NCBI GenBank assembly: GCA_021324815.1 | Contig: JAJPIJ010000046.1 | Coordinates: 64,750-128,749, forward strand | Direction: 5' to 3' | From: Gammaproteobacteria bacterium | GTDB taxonomy: Bacteria; Pseudomonadota; Gammaproteobacteria; JAJPIJ01 | DNA length: 64,000 nt | Shown here: piece after piece, positions 28,563 to 37,302 of the stretch | Layout of the letters: every line of letters starts with the position of its first letter | Position numbering within the stretch: position 1 is the stretch's first letter | The notes under the pieces: generated by a model | What the model saw: only the letters and a program-made list of their open reading frames with translations | Database searches by the model: none | Told to the model about the DNA's origin: nothing | Position numbers and translations under genes: made by a program

Positions 28563-31342
28563 TCGGCAAACATCCCCGCGGCGGCGCGCCATACTTCAAA
28601 CCGCTGAACGCGGTGACGACCGCGGAAGGCACGATTGCCGCCAATTCGGTGGCCTATGCCAACAAGATCGTGGACTTGCTCCACGGTCTGCTGCTCGATG
28701 TCATTCACCGGCGCCAGCCGGAGATCGAACCCATCCTCGAGGGGCGCGCCCCGATTCCGAAAAACAACCGCGATCTGCTGCTGCGCACGATGCAGGCGCA
28801 GGGGATCCGCTTCCAGCTTCTCAACATCGCCGAGGAAAACGCCTCCATGCGCCGCCGCCGGCTGCTGGAAACCCGGCGCGGCCCGCAGGCGGTGGAGGGC
28901 ACCTTCAGCCATGTGCTGACGCAGGCGGTGAGGGCGCGCGTGCCGGCGGCGGAGGTCCAGTCACTGCTCGACCGCGCCCGCGTGGTGCCGACGATCACCG
29001 CGCATCCGACCGAGGCCAAGCGCGTCACGGTGCTGGAGGCGCACCGGCGCATCTATCTGCTGCTGGTGCAGATGGAATCACAGCGCTGGACGCCGCGTGA
29101 GCGGGAGGACTTTGTCGAACAGCTGCGCAGCGAGATCGATCTTCTCTGGCTGACCGGCGAAATCCGGCTGGAAAAGCCGACGGTGGATCAGGAGGTCGCC
29201 TGGGGGCTGCACTTCTTCAATGAGGCGCTCTATGAACGCACGCCGCAATTGAGCGACCGGTTGCGGGAGGCGCTGCGTTTTGCCTATCCCAAACACGAAT
29301 TCAACCTCCCGTCATTCTTCAAATTCGGTTGCTGGATCGGCGGCGACCGCGACGGCAATCCGTTTGTCACCAGCGAAGTCACCCGCCGGACATTGCGCAC
29401 CAATCAGCTCTCCGTGCTGAGGCGCTACCGGCGGCGCCTTATGGAGGTCACACAGAAGTTGAGCATCGCCAGTCACGCCATCAAGCCGTCCGCAGATTTT
29501 CTGCGGGCGCTGGCGGTCGAGCTCAAGCGCAGCGGTGACGGCGAGAACATTGCCCGGCGCAATCCGGGAGAGGTGTTCCGGCAGTATTTGAGTTGCATCC
29601 GTCGCAAGCTCGAGGCCACCTTGAGCGCGGTGGAGCGCAATGCCGCGCTTCATGCCGCCTACTCCTACGCCACCGCCGATCAGATGGCCGGGGATCTCAA
29701 GGTGGTGGAGGATGGGCTTCATGCCTCGCGCTGCGGGGCGCTGAGCCGTCTGCTGATCGAGCCGATGCGGCGCGAGGTGGAGATCTTCGGCTTTCGCACC
29801 GTGAGTCTCGATTTGCGGCAAAACACCACCGTGACCAACCGGGCGCTGGCGGCCGTTTACCGGAAAATCGAGAAGGCACCGGCACCGGAGATCAACTCGG
29901 ATGAATGGCGGCGGTGGGTGACGTCGGAGCTGGCCCGCCCCTTCGAGCGCCGTCCGGATTTTGACGGCCTGCCCGCCGAGGCGGAGGAGATGTTGAACAC
30001 CCTGCGCCTCGTAATCGAACCGCGCAGCGTGGTCGATCACGAGGCCGTCGGTTGTTTCATCCTCAGCATGGCGCGGACCGTGGCGGACGTGCTTGGCGTT
30101 TATCTGCTCGCCAGGTATGCGGGCCTGTTCGACAATCATGGCGGCGGCGATTACTGCCGCATCATGGTGGTGCCGCTGTTCGAAACGATCGCGGATCTGC
30201 ACGCATCGCCGGCGATCATGCGCGAGCTGCTGGCCATGCCGCTCATCCGCAACACGGTGGAACAATTCGGCGGCGTGCAGGAAATCATGATTGGCTACTC
30301 CGATTCCAACAAGGATGGCGGTTATTTCGCCGCCAACTGGGAACTGGGCAGGGCCCAGGAGGGCCTCACGAGAGTCGGGAAGGAATCGGGCGTGCCGGTG
30401 AGCTTTTTCCACGGCCGCGGTGGCTCGGTCAGCCGCGGCGGGGCGCCACTCGGTCATGCCGTCGCGGCCCAGCCCGCCGGTTCGGTGCAAGGCCGGATGC
30501 GGATCACCGAACAGGGCGAGGTGGCCTCCGCCAAGTATTCCAACAAGGGCACGGCGCTGTACTCCATGGAATTGCTCGCCGCCAGCGTGTTCCAGCACAG
30601 CCTGATGTCGGAGCGAGAACGGGAGCTCAAACCACATCCAGAATTCGATGAAGTCATGGCATTGCTCTCCGAGCATTCGTGCATGGCCTACCGGCAGCTG
30701 GTCGATCAGCCGGGACTGGTGTCCTACTATGAGACCGCCAGTCCGGTGGAGGAGTTGTCCCTCCTCAACATCGGTTCGCGGCCGGTGCGGCGCTTCGGCG
30801 CCAAGACGCTCGCGCAATTGCGCGCCATCCCCTGGGTGTTCGGCTGGACGCAGAACCGGCACATGATCACCGGCTGGTACGGCGTGGGCTCCGGCCTGGC
30901 CAGATTCGCCGGCGGCCGGGGAAACATCAAGTTGCTGCGGACCATGTTCAGGGAATCAAGGTTGTTCCGGTTGATCATCGACGAGGTCGAAAAATCGCTG
31001 ACCCAGGTGGATCTCATCATCGCGCGCAAGTACGCCGATCTGGTCGAGGACAGGAATGTTCGCGAGAGGGTGTACGGCCTGTTTGAGGAGGAATATCACC
31101 TGACCGTCAGGCAGATATTGCGCGTCGTCGAGGCGCGTACGCTCTGCGAGCGCTTCCCGCGTTTTCGCCGCCGCCTCACCCGAAGGCTCGCGGCGATCAA
31201 CCAGGTGGGGCTGACGCAGGTCGATCTGATCCGCCGCTTCCGCGCCTTGAAGAAAAAGGATGAAAAGGCGGCCCGCGATTATCTTGTGCCGTTGCTCCTG
31301 TCCATCAACTGCATTGCCGCCGGCCTCGGCTGGACCGGCTAG
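28559..31342 (+). CDS. ppc: phosphoenolpyruvate carboxylase
   Basis: TAHPTE, WIGGDRDGNP, MIGYSDSNKDGG, FHGRGGSVSRGG, RITEQGE, LRAIPWVFGWTQ. Confidence 0.96.
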   Translation: MIGKHPRGGAPYFKPLNAVTTAEGTIAANSVAYANKIVDLLHGLLLDVIHRRQPEIEPILEGRAPIPKNNRDLLLRTMQAQGIRFQLLNIAEENASMRRRRLLETRRGPQAVEGTFSHVLTQAVRARVPAAEVQSLLDRARVVPTITAHPTEAKRVTVLEAHRRIYLLLVQMESQRWTPREREDFVEQLRSEIDLLWLTGEIRLEKPTVDQEVAWGLHFFNEALYERTPQLSDRLREALRFAYPKHEFNLPSFFKFGCWIGGDRDGNPFVTSEVTRRTLRTNQLSVLRRYRRRLMEVTQKLSIASHAIKPSADFLRALAVELKRSGDGENIARRNPGEVFRQYLSCIRRKLEATLSAVERNAALHAAYSYATADQMAGDLKVVEDGLHASRCGALSRLLIEPMRREVEIFGFRTVSLDLRQNTTVTNRALAAVYRKIEKAPAPEINSDEWRRWVTSELARPFERRPDFDGLPAEAEEMLNTLRLVIEPRSVVDHEAVGCFILSMARTVADVLGVYLLARYAGLFDNHGGGDYCRIMVVPLFETIADLHASPAIMRELLAMPLIRNTVEQFGGVQEIMIGYSDSNKDGGYFAANWELGRAQEGLTRVGKESGVPVSFFHGRGGSVSRGGAPLGHAVAAQPAGSVQGRMRITEQGEVASAKYSNKGTALYSMELLAASVFQHSLMSERERELKPHPEFDEVMALLSEHSCMAYRQLVDQPGLVSYYETASPVEELSLLNIGSRPVRRFGAKTLAQLRAIPWVFGWTQNRHMITGWYGVGSGLARFAGGRGNIKLLRTMFRESRLFRLIIDEVEKSLTQVDLIIARKYADLVEDRNVRERVYGLFEEEYHLTVRQILRVVEARTLCERFPRFRRRLTRRLAAINQVGLTQVDLIRRFRALKKKDEKAARDYLVPLLLSINCIAAGLGWTG

Positions 31343-31400
31343 TTATTACATCTGATTGAAATATATAAGGTAATTTACGCATTATTATTTTATTGCAAAT

Positions 31401-31419
31401 AATAATGATTATCATTTAT
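31401..31419 (+). promoter_or_regulatory. putative Fur box
   Basis: AATAATGATTATCATTTAT in an AT-rich intergenic stretch, close to the consensus GATAATGATAATCATTATC. Confidence 0.75.
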
Positions 31420-31458
31420 ATTTATTAAAGGTAACTCTTCAAATCCCCCCAAGCCACC

Positions 31459-31776
31459 ATGCACCAACACGCAGATCCGGATTTGTTGCAGACAGCGCTG
31501 CTTTTCTTGATGACGCAGCACGTGATTCAAGGCGGACGACGCGAATTGGCGCTGGCGGTCATCGATCATCTCGATCAACTTTGCCTGCGCCTTGAAGCAT
31601 TGCCGCCCAGGCTGGGCAGGGCGATGCCGCGCCTGCGGGAGCAATGGCGCGTGATTGCCGGCGGGCAAGGGCGGTTGGTTCCCGCAACCGGCGGAGACAC
31701 GCCGAGAGCCTCCAACGCGGCTCGCAGCGCCAGGGTCCTTCGGTTTCCGCTGAACGGGAGGGGGCATGGGCGGTGA
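31459..31776 (+). CDS. small hypothetical protein
   Basis: First ORF after the Fur-like box; overlaps the next ORF. Confidence 0.5.
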   Translation: MHQHADPDLLQTALLFLMTQHVIQGGRRELALAVIDHLDQLCLRLEALPPRLGRAMPRLREQWRVIAGGQGRLVPATGGDTPRASNAARSARVLRFPLNGRGHGR

Positions 31777-31990
31777 AAGGTGCCGGGTGGAGCACCTCGC
31801 CAGCGGCGACTACTGCGAAGTGAGTCGTTGCATGGATTGCGGCGGCCTGCATCTGACCATGGGCTCGCTCACGGTGCGTCTGCCGCTGCACGTCGTGAAA
31901 GACCTCGCCGTGTGCGTGACCGCCGCGTTGCGCACCCTGGAAGTGCCGGCGGAATGCATCGATCCACGCTTCCAATGCCTTAAGAACTGA
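31766..31990 (+). CDS. small Cys-rich hypothetical protein
   Basis: GGAGG RBS; CxxC..LHL.MG motif. Confidence 0.55.
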   Translation: MGGERCRVEHLASGDYCEVSRCMDCGGLHLTMGSLTVRLPLHVVKDLAVCVTAALRTLEVPAECIDPRFQCLKN

Positions 31991-32036
31991 CATTGCTCGA
32001 ATGAATGACCCCACAAAATACCAGGAGGGAAAACGT

Positions 32037-33326
32037 ATGATGAGGCTCGTTTCTATAATGGCGACTGCTCTGCTGCTTGCCGCCCCGGCCTTTGCTGACA
32101 GCGATGCCAGCCTGGAAGCGCGCATCAATCAATTGCAAAAGCAACTGGAAGGCATGAAGCAACTGCAGAAGGAGGTCGAAGACCTGAAGGCCCAACTGGA
32201 GCAGGAGGCCAAAGAATGGCAATCGGCGAAAATGGCCGCCGCCCCTTCCAGTCAGCCCTACGTGGCGCCACCTTCGACGACGGAATCATCGACATCACTC
32301 GGCGGCTATGGCGAGATGGCCTATTCCACATCCGGAATCGAACCCAAACCCTCCGACCCGCAGGCCGATCTGCTCAGGTTTGTGATGTTTCTCGGTCATC
32401 GTTTCAACGATCAATTGTCGTTTCAATCCGAACTCGAGCTGGAGCACGCCGTGGCCAGCAAGGATGATAAGGGTGAGGTCGAAGTCGAGCAGGCATGGCT
32501 GGATTATCGCTTCAATGACGAGGCCAGCGTGAAGGCCGGCTTGCTTCTTATTCCATTGGGGTTTCTGAACGAGAGCCATGAACCGCCGAACTTCTACGGG
32601 GTATTCCGCAACTCCGTGGAAACCCGGATTATTCCAACCACTTGGCGTGAAGGCGGTTTGGGGTTGCACGGCACGCTTCACGGCGATTTTCTGTATGACG
32701 TTGGCATTACCACTGGTTTCGACGCCGGCAAGATTGATGACCCGGCGTTCGGCATTCGCAGTGCGCATCAGGAACTGCAACTGGCCAACGCAAGCGACTT
32801 CAGTGTCTACGGCAGTTTGAAATACATCGGCCATCCGGGATTATTGCTGGGTACCGGTATTTTTTCCGGCAATACCGGTCAGGATGGCGCCAGCAATCCG
32901 CTGCTTAAGGGAGTGGATGCCAGAATGACCCTGGGTGAGGCACACGCGCGCTACGCGGCGCATCGGGTCGATCTGCAGGCGCTTTACGCCTTGGGGACGC
33001 TCGATGACGCAGCCCGGGTCACGGCGGCCATTCAACAGGCGGCGCCCAAACGCTTTGAGGGGTGGTTTCTACAGGCGGCCTATCATTTGTGGAGCCAGGG
33101 GCAGATGGATTTCGCGCCGTTTGTGCGCTACGAGGAATATGACATCGCGCAAGCGGAAGACATCGTCAACGGTCTCCTGAAGGACAGGGCTGCCCGCGAC
33201 AGCATTGAAACCGTGGGCTTCAGCTTCAAACCGCATCCGGATGTGGTGCTGAAGATGGATTATCAAAACTTCGAAAGAATTACCGGCAGCAGCGGTTTCA
33301 ACCTCGGTGTGGGGTACGAGTTTTAG
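32037..33326 (+). CDS. outer-membrane beta-barrel (porin-like) with N-terminal coiled coil
   Basis: Signal peptide, coiled coil, GGYGE, ELELEHA, VEQAWLDY, HEP..F.GV.R..VE..IIPTTWRE, C-terminal YEF. Confidence 0.78.
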   Translation: MMRLVSIMATALLLAAPAFADSDASLEARINQLQKQLEGMKQLQKEVEDLKAQLEQEAKEWQSAKMAAAPSSQPYVAPPSTTESSTSLGGYGEMAYSTSGIEPKPSDPQADLLRFVMFLGHRFNDQLSFQSELELEHAVASKDDKGEVEVEQAWLDYRFNDEASVKAGLLLIPLGFLNESHEPPNFYGVFRNSVETRIIPTTWREGGLGLHGTLHGDFLYDVGITTGFDAGKIDDPAFGIRSAHQELQLANASDFSVYGSLKYIGHPGLLLGTGIFSGNTGQDGASNPLLKGVDARMTLGEAHARYAAHRVDLQALYALGTLDDAARVTAAIQQAAPKRFEGWFLQAAYHLWSQGQMDFAPFVRYEEYDIAQAEDIVNGLLKDRAARDSIETVGFSFKPHPDVVLKMDYQNFERITGSSGFNLGVGYEF

Positions 33327-33384
33327 CCCTGGGCGGGACCGCGCCGCCAAGGGAATGCAAGTGTTCAAAGATCAGACGTAATCC

Positions 33385-33918
33385 ATGCAACGATATATGA
33401 GGGCCGAGTTATTGATCCCGGCGGGGTTCATCGTGCTGGTCGCGCCGGCGCGGGCGGTGACGTATCTGAGCGTTGAGCAGGCCCAGCAGGCCATATTCCC
33501 CGGCGCGAAATTCACTCCCGATTTCAGGAAACTGACTGATGCGGAAGTGGCGCGGATCGAGAAGGAATCGGATACGACGGCCTATTCCCGTGAAGTGAAA
33601 TGCTGGAAGGTGGACGCCGGCGGGTGGTTCATTGTCGATGAAGTCATCGGCAAGCACGAGTTCATCACGTATGCGGTGGGGCTGGATGCCGGCGGCGCCG
33701 TTCAGGGTATAGAGATCATGGACTACCGGGAGACGCACGGCGGCGAGATTCGCCAGCCGTCCTGGCGCGCCCAGTTTCACGGCAGGAAGCATGGCGAGGC
33801 ATTGAAGCTTGAGGATGACATCCAAAACATCAGTGGGGCGACGCTGTCGTGCAAGCACGTCACCGACGGCGTGCGGCGGCTGCTCACTTTTTATGACCTC
33901 GTGCTGAAAGGAAGGTAG
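33385..33918 (+). CDS. FMN-binding (flavinylated) periplasmic protein
   Basis: Flavinylation motif ISGATLS; VIGKHE.ITYAV, YRE..GGE. Confidence 0.88.
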   Translation: MQRYMRAELLIPAGFIVLVAPARAVTYLSVEQAQQAIFPGAKFTPDFRKLTDAEVARIEKESDTTAYSREVKCWKVDAGGWFIVDEVIGKHEFITYAVGLDAGGAVQGIEIMDYRETHGGEIRQPSWRAQFHGRKHGEALKLEDDIQNISGATLSCKHVTDGVRRLLTFYDLVLKGR

Positions 33919-33924
33919 AGGCGG

Positions 33925-34785
33925 ATGCTGATTCGCGCGCGTCCGCTGCTGGGCACCCTCGTCGAGATACGCGCGGCCGGGGGAAATGCCGCGTCGGTGT
34001 CACGCGCCATCACCGCCGCCTTTGACGTCATCGCGGAGGTGCACCGGCTGATGAGCTTTCATGAGCCGGACAGCGACGTCAGCCGCCTCAACCGGCTGGC
34101 GCATCGCGAGGCGGTTCAAGTCGACGCGCAAACCTGGGAGGTTCTGGCCTGTGCGCTGGAATTGAGCCGGGGATCGGGGGGGCTTTTCGATTGCGCGATC
34201 GCCCCTCGTCTCGTGCGGTTGGGGTATCTGCCCAGGACGCCGGGGGTGGAAAGCGGCGTTGATGCCTCGAGCGCCCACATCGAATTGCTGGCCGGTCATC
34301 GCGTCCGCTTTCTAAAACCGCTGGCCATCGATCTGGGCGGCATTGCGAAGGGATACGCGGTCGATCAGGCCATCCGGCGGTTGCAAAACCACGGCATCGG
34401 AACGGCCTGTGTAAACGCGGGCGGCGATCTCCGTGTTTTGGGTGATCGAAATTGGCCTGTTCTCATCCGCCTGCCCGCGGCTCCCCGCCGGGCATTCCTG
34501 CCAGTCACGATACGCCAGCAAGCACTGGCCACCACCGCCCATTACTTCACCGCCAGGGTTGAAAACGATCGGGTCGTCACCCCATTGATCGATCCGCGAA
34601 CGGGCCGGTGCCGGACTGAGAACCACAACGTCTCCGTCGCAGCCCCCTCCTGCATGCTGGCCGACGCGCTGACGAAAGTTGTCTGGTTGAGCGGCGACGC
34701 CTGGCACCCGTTGCTGGCGCGCCATCGCGCCCGTGCGATCGTGCTGCCCGGGGAGAGGGAAGGGGGGTGCGCCGGTGCGGCATGA
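33925..34785 (+). CDS. apbE: FAD:protein FMN transferase (ApbE family)
   Basis: LLGT.V, SDVSRLN, IDLGGIAKGYAVD, VNAGGD, IDPRTG, ADAL. Confidence 0.92.
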   Translation: MLIRARPLLGTLVEIRAAGGNAASVSRAITAAFDVIAEVHRLMSFHEPDSDVSRLNRLAHREAVQVDAQTWEVLACALELSRGSGGLFDCAIAPRLVRLGYLPRTPGVESGVDASSAHIELLAGHRVRFLKPLAIDLGGIAKGYAVDQAIRRLQNHGIGTACVNAGGDLRVLGDRNWPVLIRLPAAPRRAFLPVTIRQQALATTAHYFTARVENDRVVTPLIDPRTGRCRTENHNVSVAAPSCMLADALTKVVWLSGDAWHPLLARHRARAIVLPGEREGGCAGAA

Positions 34786-34786
34786 C

Positions 34787-35242
34787 ATGCCGCGCATGTG
34801 TTTCGACCGCGTGTGCCTTGAACGCTGGCACCGGATTGCGATTTACGCGGTGACGGCGCTGACGACCGTTTCCGGGCTGGCATGGCTGTGGCTGCATTAT
34901 TTTGTCACCACTCCCGGGCGGCCGGCGCGCGCTCCCCATCCGCTGGAGCCGCTGAGCCTGAAAATACACGGGGCCGCCGCCATGCTGATGCTGTTGTGCC
35001 TGGGGACGCTGCTTCTGCCCCACATGCTCGGGGCCTGGCGGCTTGGAAGGAACCGTTACCCGGGCGGGTTGCTTGCGATGGTCAACCTGCTGCTGATTTT
35101 GACGGGATACGCGCTGTACTATGTCAGCACCGAGGAAAACCACGCATTCATCAGCGCCGTGCACTGGATCACCGGCCTGCTGCTTCCCGTCGTCATGGTC
35201 CTTCACATTGTCACCGGGCGGCGCGGAGGCCCGCGTGGCTGA
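34787..35242 (+). CDS. four-TM His-containing membrane protein (putative cytochrome b-like)
   Basis: SG..WL, .HG..AM, H...AW, TGY.LYY, VHW..G, conserved-looking histidines in TM segments. Confidence 0.7.
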   Translation: MPRMCFDRVCLERWHRIAIYAVTALTTVSGLAWLWLHYFVTTPGRPARAPHPLEPLSLKIHGAAAMLMLLCLGTLLLPHMLGAWRLGRNRYPGGLLAMVNLLLILTGYALYYVSTEENHAFISAVHWITGLLLPVVMVLHIVTGRRGGPRG

Positions 35243-35297
35243 ACACTCCACGCCGGCTGTGGTAAGCTTGGACGATTCCATCGATGGAGTCGCAGAG

Positions 35298-36098
35298 ATG
35301 TCCGGCAAAGATCGCGGGGGAAAGGTGCAGCCGCTGCTTGCCGAGGAGGCGCGGGCCAGGGCGGTGAAGAACACCGGGAAGGATGAATTGTTTTCCGACC
35401 GGAATTCCGGCGCGGCGGATTTCCGCTTCGATCAAAAGACCGCGACCGTGTTCGATGACATGGTCAACCGCTCGGTGCCGTTTTACGCCGAGATCCAGCG
35501 CATGACGGGCGAGATGGCAGCCGACTTCGCCGCCGCCGGCAGTAATTTGTTCGATCTCGGCTGCTCGACCGGCACCACGCTTTTGTACCTGGACCGCGCG
35601 GTCAATCAGGACGTCCGTTTCGTCGGCGTCGATAATTCGGCGGACATGCTGGCCAAGGCGCGGGAAAAGCTGAAGGCGCAGGGCGTGACCCGCGCCTGTG
35701 ATCTCGTGCAGGCGGATTTGCACCAGGGCGTGCTGGTCGAGAACGCCTCGGTGGCGGTGATGAACCTGACGTTGCAGTTCATCCGTCCGCTGTACCGCGA
35801 GCGCGTCATCAAGCAGGTCTTCGAAGGCCTGAACGAGCACGGCTGCCTGCTGCTGGTGGAAAAACAGACGCTGTCGGACAGCCTGCTCAACCGCCTGTTC
35901 ATCCGCTACTACTACGACATGAAGCGCCGCAACGGCTACTCCGAGGTCGAGATCGCGCAGAAGCGCGAGGCGCTGGAGAACGTGCTCATCCCCTACCGTC
36001 CCGAGGAGAACCGCGAGCTGCTGCGCTCGGTCGGTTTCCGCTACGTGGAGGAGTTTTTCCGCTGGTACAATTTCGCCGGCCTGATCGCGGTGAAATAG
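35298..36098 (+). CDS. cmoA: carboxy-S-adenosyl-L-methionine synthase
   Basis: F.FD...A.VFDDMV.RSVPFY, DLGCSTG, GVDNS..M, TLQF, GYS..EI.QKR.ALENVL. Confidence 0.88.
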   Translation: MSGKDRGGKVQPLLAEEARARAVKNTGKDELFSDRNSGAADFRFDQKTATVFDDMVNRSVPFYAEIQRMTGEMAADFAAAGSNLFDLGCSTGTTLLYLDRAVNQDVRFVGVDNSADMLAKAREKLKAQGVTRACDLVQADLHQGVLVENASVAVMNLTLQFIRPLYRERVIKQVFEGLNEHGCLLLVEKQTLSDSLLNRLFIRYYYDMKRRNGYSEVEIAQKREALENVLIPYRPEENRELLRSVGFRYVEEFFRWYNFAGLIAVK

Positions 36099-36109
36099 CA
36101 CCGATCTTC

Positions 36110-36859
36110 ATGCTGCAGAGAATTGCCCGCATGCCGTGGGTCATTGCCTACGGCAACTGGTTGTTCAAATACCGCAATGCCGTCTTCCCGCTGGTGATGG
36201 TGGCGCTGTTTCTGGGCTTCCGGCCGGTATTGTGGCGCGGCAGCCTGGCCGCGGACGCCTGGCTGGACGGGCTGGGACTCGTCGTCGCGCTGACGGGGCA
36301 GGGGCTGCGCGCCGCGGTGATCGGCTACGCCTACATCAAGCGCGGCGGGGTCAACAAGCGCATCCATGCCGATCAACTGGTGACGGAGGGACTGTTCGCG
36401 CATGCGCGCAATCCGCTCTATGTCGGCAATCTGCTGATCCTCGCCGGCCTCTTCATCATCCACAACCATCCGGCGGTTTACATGCTGGGCGGCTTGTATT
36501 TCGTGAGCGCATACATCGCCATCGTCGCCGCCGAGGAGCGGTTCCTGTCGGACAAATTCGGCGGCGCCTACGATGACTATTGCCGGCGGGTGCCGCGCTG
36601 GCTGCCGGATCTGCGCGGTCTGCGCGACACCCTGGGCCAGATGGAATTCAACTGGCGCCGCGTGGTGATCAAGGACTACGCCAGCGCCTACACCTGGATG
36701 ATGACCGCGCTGCTCATCTTCGCCTACGAAGGCATGGCTCCGGCCGGATGGAGGATGCGGCGCGGCTGCCTGGTGCTGGCACTGGCCGCCGCCCTGACAC
36801 TGGTTTTTGTCGTGGTGCGCGTGTTGAAGAAACGCCGTTTGTTGCGCGAGGCTGCCTGA
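36110..36859 (+). CDS. ICMT/PEMT-family membrane methyltransferase
   Basis: LVT.G.FAH.RNPLYVGN, EE.FL...FG..Y..YC.RVPRW. Confidence 0.85.
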   Translation: MLQRIARMPWVIAYGNWLFKYRNAVFPLVMVALFLGFRPVLWRGSLAADAWLDGLGLVVALTGQGLRAAVIGYAYIKRGGVNKRIHADQLVTEGLFAHARNPLYVGNLLILAGLFIIHNHPAVYMLGGLYFVSAYIAIVAAEERFLSDKFGGAYDDYCRRVPRWLPDLRGLRDTLGQMEFNWRRVVIKDYASAYTWMMTALLIFAYEGMAPAGWRMRRGCLVLALAAALTLVFVVVRVLKKRRLLREAA

Positions 36860-36868
36860 GTTATGCTT

Positions 36869-37291
36869 TCAGCGGACTTCCATCACGCCCTCCATCCCCT
36901 TGGAGCGGTGGCTGGGGAACATCAGCAACTTGTGGTCGCAGAAGTAAGCATACGTGCCGGCTTTTGCCGGCGTGAATCTGACCACCGCGCTTTTGCCGGC
37001 ATCGACGTTCTGCCTGACCTGCAAATCCGGATCGTCGATGACGAAACTGTGGGGTATGGCGGTGGCAACGTTGTTGAGCGTGATCTCCACCGGTTTGCCG
37101 GCCCTGACGATGATATGCGCGGGTTTGAAGGTGTAACTGTCGAGGGTCATCGTGAGGTGCTGCACCCCGCCGGCGTCCGTCTCCAGGGTCACGGGCGGCG
37201 TTGCGGCGGGCGACGGCGGCGGCTCGTCGGCAATCACCGGATTCAGGACCGGAATCATGGCGAGTGCCAGGCCAATGGATGCAAGTCGCAT
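36869..37291 (-). CDS. secreted cupredoxin-domain protein
   Basis: Signal peptide, F.P..I.V..G.PV, PHSF, GTY.YFC...H...GM copper ligands. Confidence 0.82.
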   Translation of the reverse strand: MRLASIGLALAMIPVLNPVIADEPPPSPAATPPVTLETDAGGVQHLTMTLDSYTFKPAHIIVRAGKPVEITLNNVATAIPHSFVIDDPDLQVRQNVDAGKSAVVRFTPAKAGTYAYFCDHKLLMFPSHRSKGMEGVMEVR

Positions 37292-37302
37292 GTGGGGCCT
37301 CC

